A DNA stretch of 32,000 nt from Candidatus Saccharimonadota bacterium (GTDB lineage Bacteria; Pseudomonadota; Gammaproteobacteria; Enterobacterales; Enterobacteriaceae): contig NZ_LT667503.1 of the NCBI RefSeq assembly GCF_900128735.1, positions 30,001 to 62,000 on the forward strand, written 5' to 3'. Within the stretch, counting starts at the first letter, position 1, and the number at the start of each line of letters is the position of its first letter. The position numbers and the translations under genes are program-made. Under the pieces are notes generated by a model, which searched no databases, was not told where the DNA came from, and saw only the letters and a program-made list of their open reading frames with translations. Positions 28,909 to 32,000 of the stretch are shown here, piece after piece.

Positions 28909-29649
28909 ATGTTTAATAAATTTATTCTTTTCTTTTTTTTTATTGCATTATATCCAGTTACATCATTTGCTGATTTTTCTTTTGAGTCAATATTTAATGT
29001 TATCAATCAAGGTAGCAATTTTTGGAAATTTTCTCTTGAAACATTTGTTATATTTACATTGTTAAGTTTTATTCCGGTAGCTTTATTAATGATGACGAGT
29101 TTTACTCGGATTATTATTGTTTTTGGTTTTTTAAGAAATGCTTTAGGAACACCATACTCGCCTCCTAATCAAATTCTTGTAGGATTATCCCTATTCCTGA
29201 CGTTTTTTATTATGTCTCCGGTTCTTGAAAAAGTTTATCAAAAGGCATATATTCCGTTTAGAAATGAAGAAATTAATTTAGAGATTGCTTTAAAACGTTC
29301 TTTTATACCACTACATAATTTCATGAGAAAACAAACTAAATTATCTGATTTATTATTATTTTTTAACTTAGCAAAAGTTCCTTATACTGAAAAAAAATCA
29401 TATGTTCCAATGAGAATATTATTGCCAGCTTTTATGATTAGTGAATTAAAAACTGCTTTTCAGATTGGTTTTACAATTTTTATACCTTTTTTAATTATTG
29501 ATTTAGTAGTAGCCAGTATATTAATGGCCTTAGGAATGATGATGGTTCCGCCGTCTACTATTTCTTTACCTTTTAAATTAATTTTATTTGTTTTAGCGGA
29601 TGGGTGGCGTTTATTAATTATGTCACTATCTCAAAGTTTTTTAATGTAA
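28909..29649 (+). CDS. fliP: Flagellar export gate protein FliP
   Basis: It has a signal-peptide-like N-terminus. [56 protein letters not shown] and LADGW are colinear with E. coli FliP (246 vs 245 aa). Confidence 0.95.
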   Translation: MFNKFILFFFFIALYPVTSFADFSFESIFNVINQGSNFWKFSLETFVIFTLLSFIPVALLMMTSFTRIIIVFGFLRNALGTPYSPPNQILVGLSLFLTFFIMSPVLEKVYQKAYIPFRNEEINLEIALKRSFIPLHNFMRKQTKLSDLLLFFNLAKVPYTEKKSYVPMRILLPAFMISELKTAFQIGFTIFIPFLIIDLVVASILMALGMMMVPPSTISLPFKLILFVLADGWRLLIMSLSQSFLM

Positions 29650-29731
29650 TTTTATTTTTATAAATAACTTAAAAAATTCATTTTTTTTTTTATTATTTAA
29701 TAATCTTTCCAATATGTAAGGTTATATTATA

Positions 29732-30007
29732 ATGACTCAAGAATTTATTATAAATTTATTTCATAATTCTATTAAATTAGGGTTAATGTTATCAGCTCCA
29801 TTTTTAATTGCTTCGTTAATTAGCGGTTTGTTTGTGAGTATTTTTCAAGCTGTTACTCAAATTAACGAACAAACTTTATCTTTTATACCTAAAGTGATAT
29901 CAGTTTTTATTTCAGGAATTTTTTTCGGGCCATGGATGTTAAGAATTATGGTTAATTATATTCATAATATATTTCATCTTATACCGATTATTATTTTATC
30001 AACATGA
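29732..30007 (+). CDS. fliQ: Flagellar export gate protein FliQ
   Basis: SAPFLIASLISGLFVSIFQAVTQINEQTLSFIPKVISVFISGIFFGPWML aligns with E. coli AAPLLLVALVTGLIISILQAATQINEMTLSFIPKIIAVFIAIIIAGPWML. Confidence 0.95.
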   Translation: MTQEFIINLFHNSIKLGLMLSAPFLIASLISGLFVSIFQAVTQINEQTLSFIPKVISVFISGIFFGPWMLRIMVNYIHNIFHLIPIIILST

Positions 30008-30798
30008 ATAATTTTATTATACAATTTTTTTTGTTTTTTATAAATTTTCATATAATTTTAATTATGACAAGAATTTTTGCTTTTTTTAGTTTTTCTTCTT
30101 TATTTAATAATAAAAATATTACTGCTCCAATAAAAATTTTATTTGTATATTTTATTGCTTTTTTTTTATCTCCTTTATTATCTTTTGGAGTAAAAGTTCA
30201 ATTTAATCAAGAGTTATTTTTTTTGTTGATATATCAAATATTAGTAGGTATGATTTTAGGATTTTCTATTCAACTGGTTTTTGCGTCGATATATTTAACA
30301 GGAGAAATTATTAGTTCGCAGATAGGATTATCATTTTCGATTTTTTTTGATTCTAATGAAAATAGTCAGTTTTTAGTTATATCACATTTTTTAAATATTT
30401 TTTTATTTTTATTTTTTTATTTTTTTAACGGACATATTTGGATTATTAAGGTTTTAATAAAAAGTTTTAATGTTTTTCCTTTATTTCATCCTTATATAAG
30501 TAAAAAGATGTTTTTTTCTTTGTTATATTTTTCGAATATTATTTTTTTTAGCGGTCTTTTTTTAAGTCTTCCAATTTTGTTTTTTTTATTAATTGTACAA
30601 ATGAGTTTAGCTATATTAAATAAGATGATTCCACAAGTGTCATTATTTTCTGTTTTTTTTCCTGCTATTTTAATAATAGGTATTTTATTTTTAAAGTTTT
30701 TTGTTATTTTTTTATTTCCTATTTTTTTTTCTTTTTTTAGTTATGTTTTAAAATATTTATTATTTTTAGAATCAAAAAAAAATTTTTATCTATATTAA
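30004..30798 (+). CDS. fliR: Flagellar export gate protein FliR
   Basis: This 264-aa polytopic membrane protein follows fliQ with an ATGA overlap (30004-30007). Its length matches E. coli FliR (261 aa). GEIISSQIGLSFSIFFD resembles the conserved FliR G..I..Q.GLS motif. Confidence 0.85.
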   Translation: MNNFIIQFFLFFINFHIILIMTRIFAFFSFSSLFNNKNITAPIKILFVYFIAFFLSPLLSFGVKVQFNQELFFLLIYQILVGMILGFSIQLVFASIYLTGEIISSQIGLSFSIFFDSNENSQFLVISHFLNIFLFLFFYFFNGHIWIIKVLIKSFNVFPLFHPYISKKMFFSLLYFSNIIFFSGLFLSLPILFFLLIVQMSLAILNKMIPQVSLFSVFFPAILIIGILFLKFFVIFLFPIFFSFFSYVLKYLLFLESKKNFYLY

Positions 30799-30868
30799 AA
30801 TTTTAAAATATAGAGATATTATATTTTTAATAAAAAATTTAGAAAAATGATTAATTAATATAAAAGAT

Positions 30869-30894
30869 ATGGGGATCTTTTTATAGATCTCCAT
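30869..30894. terminator. Hairpin between convergent fliR and rpmG (candidate bidirectional terminator)
   Basis: A 10-bp stem ATGGGGATCT (30869-30878) / AGATCTCCAT (30885-30894) has a 6-nt loop. It has one G-U pair on the + strand, which is an A-C mismatch on the - strand. The minus-strand tail is ATCTTTTATATT. The plus-strand tail reaches a T7 run after 12 nt. It is the only G/C-rich element in this spacer. Confidence 0.4.
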
Positions 30895-30910
30895 AAATTT
30901 AAATATTTTT

Positions 30911-31078
30911 TTATTTTATTTTTTTTTCTGTATATATGACATGTTTTTTAAGAATAGGATCGTATTTTTTTAATTGCAACTTATCGGGTTGATTTCTTTT
31001 ATTTTTTGTAGTTGTGTAATAATGTCCAGTTTTACCTGAAGATATTAATTTAATATTAATGCGATTATTTTTAGCCAT
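30911..31078 (-). CDS. rpmG: 50S ribosomal protein L33 (55 aa; too short for the ORF track)
   Basis: Hand translation of the reverse strand gives [55 protein letters not shown]. This aligns with E. coli [55 protein letters not shown]. It starts 3 nt after the rpmB stop. Confidence 0.93.
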   Translation of the reverse strand: MAKNNRINIKLISSGKTGHYYTTTKNKRNQPDKLQLKKYDPILKKHVIYTEKKIK

Positions 31079-31081
31079 TGT

Positions 31082-31315
31082 TTATCTCTTTTTTTTAGTA
31101 ATATATTTTTGATATGTTTCTTTAATGCCTAATTTATTAATTATGCGCAATCCTTTTGTTGAAATTCTAATTTTAATAAATTTTTTTTCTTGAGGTATCC
31201 AAAATCGATGATATTGTAAATTAATACAAAATTTTCTTTTTGTTGCATTCATAGCATGTGATCTACGGTTTCCAAAAACTGATTTTCTTTTTGTAATTTG
31301 ACATATTTTTGCCAT
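31082..31315 (-). CDS. rpmB: 50S ribosomal protein L28
   Basis: [46 protein letters not shown] aligns with E. coli [46 protein letters not shown]. An AGGA lies upstream. Confidence 0.95.
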   Translation of the reverse strand: MAKICQITKRKSVFGNRRSHAMNATKRKFCINLQYHRFWIPQEKKFIKIRISTKGLRIINKLGIKETYQKYITKKKR

Positions 31316-31383
31316 ATAATTTTTTTCCTAGAATAAGATTACATTAATGAATTTTAAATTAATTAATTAATGATGATATTTTT

Positions 31384-31923
31384 TTAGTTTATTTTTTTTT
31401 TATTTTTTTCATAAGCGTATAAAATTTCATTTTGTGCATTTTGAGCGCTTTTCCAACCTTGAATCTTTACCCATTTTTTATTTTCTAGAGATTTATAATT
31501 TTCAAAAAAATATAGTATTTGTTTTTTGAGGAGCTGCGGCAAATATTCAATATCTTTAATATGTTGATATTCTTTTGTAATTGATTTATGTGGAACTGCT
31601 ATAATTTTTATATCCTTTCCTTTTTCGTCTTCCATTTCTAACATACCAATAGGTTTGCATCTTATAACAGCTTTTGATTGGATAGGATAAGGTGTTGGAA
31701 TCATAATATCTAAAGGATCGCCATCTGAACCTAAAGTATTATTGATAAAACCATAATTACATGGATAAAACATAGGGGTCGCTATAAATCGATCTACAAA
31801 AAGAGCGTTATAATTTTTATTTATTTCATATTTTACGGGACTAGAAAAAGCTGGAATTTCAATAATTCCATATATATCATATGGAATTTTTTTTCCTATT
31901 GGAATATTTTGAAAATTATTCAT
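31384..31923 (-). CDS. ppa: Inorganic pyrophosphatase
   Basis: IIEIPAFSSPVKYEINK, ALFVDRFIATPMFYPCNYGFINNTLGSDGDPLDIMIPTPYP and KIIAVPH are colinear with E. coli Ppa. An AAGGA lies about 10 nt upstream. Confidence 0.95.
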   Translation of the reverse strand: MNNFQNIPIGKKIPYDIYGIIEIPAFSSPVKYEINKNYNALFVDRFIATPMFYPCNYGFINNTLGSDGDPLDIMIPTPYPIQSKAVIRCKPIGMLEMEDEKGKDIKIIAVPHKSITKEYQHIKDIEYLPQLLKKQILYFFENYKSLENKKWVKIQGWKSAQNAQNEILYAYEKNKKKIN

Positions 31924-32000
31924 ATAATTTTTCCTTGAATAAAAAGAGATTAATATAAAATAAGGTAAACATATTTTTTATAGATTTTATAAAATTAAAA

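Overview
The window is extremely AT-rich (by eye about 80% A+T in genes and higher in spacers). It is gene-dense and has no rRNA, CRISPR array, IS element, integrase or phage content. Gene content and order match a highly reduced gammaproteobacterial insect endosymbiont of the Buchnera aphidicola type, probably one of the most eroded lineages; that assignment rests on synteny and composition only. Left to right: rplL(partial)-rplJ-rplA-rplK-nusG-secE (-), the thrU-tyrU-glyT-thrT tRNA operon (-) with no tufB, metF, a 1 kb empty spacer, and argG-argH (+). Then come the rpsU-dnaG-rpoD operon (-), divergent tsaD, cca, a degenerate crr-like ORF (-), ligA, a tRNA-Val/tRNA-Lys operon (-) and gltX. 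The right third holds a stripped-down flagellar export/basal-body cluster (fliE | fliF-G-H-I-J, fliM/N-O-P-Q-R), followed by rpmG-rpmB (-) and ppa (-). Most notable items: (1) fliM and fliN are fused into one 454-codon ORF with the old fliN ATG still in frame, an injectisome SctQ-like layout. (2) fliJ is split by a 1-nt frameshift inside an A11 tract. (3) fliK and fliL are absent while a fliO-like ORF survives, and FliG and FliM have lost their motor and chemotaxis contact residues. (4) The crr ORF is intact but lacks both catalytic histidines and its ptsHI-cysK neighbours. (5) cca keeps its nucleotidyltransferase head but has lost the HD motifs, and none of the six tRNA genes encodes CCA. (6) Both tRNA operons have near-consensus sigma-70 promoters, one placing the start essentially at the mature tRNA-Val 5' end. 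(7) Gene-sized AT-rich scars lie where relatives carry argECB and other genes. All homology statements are by-eye alignments against E. coli/Salmonella sequences recalled from memory; no search was run.
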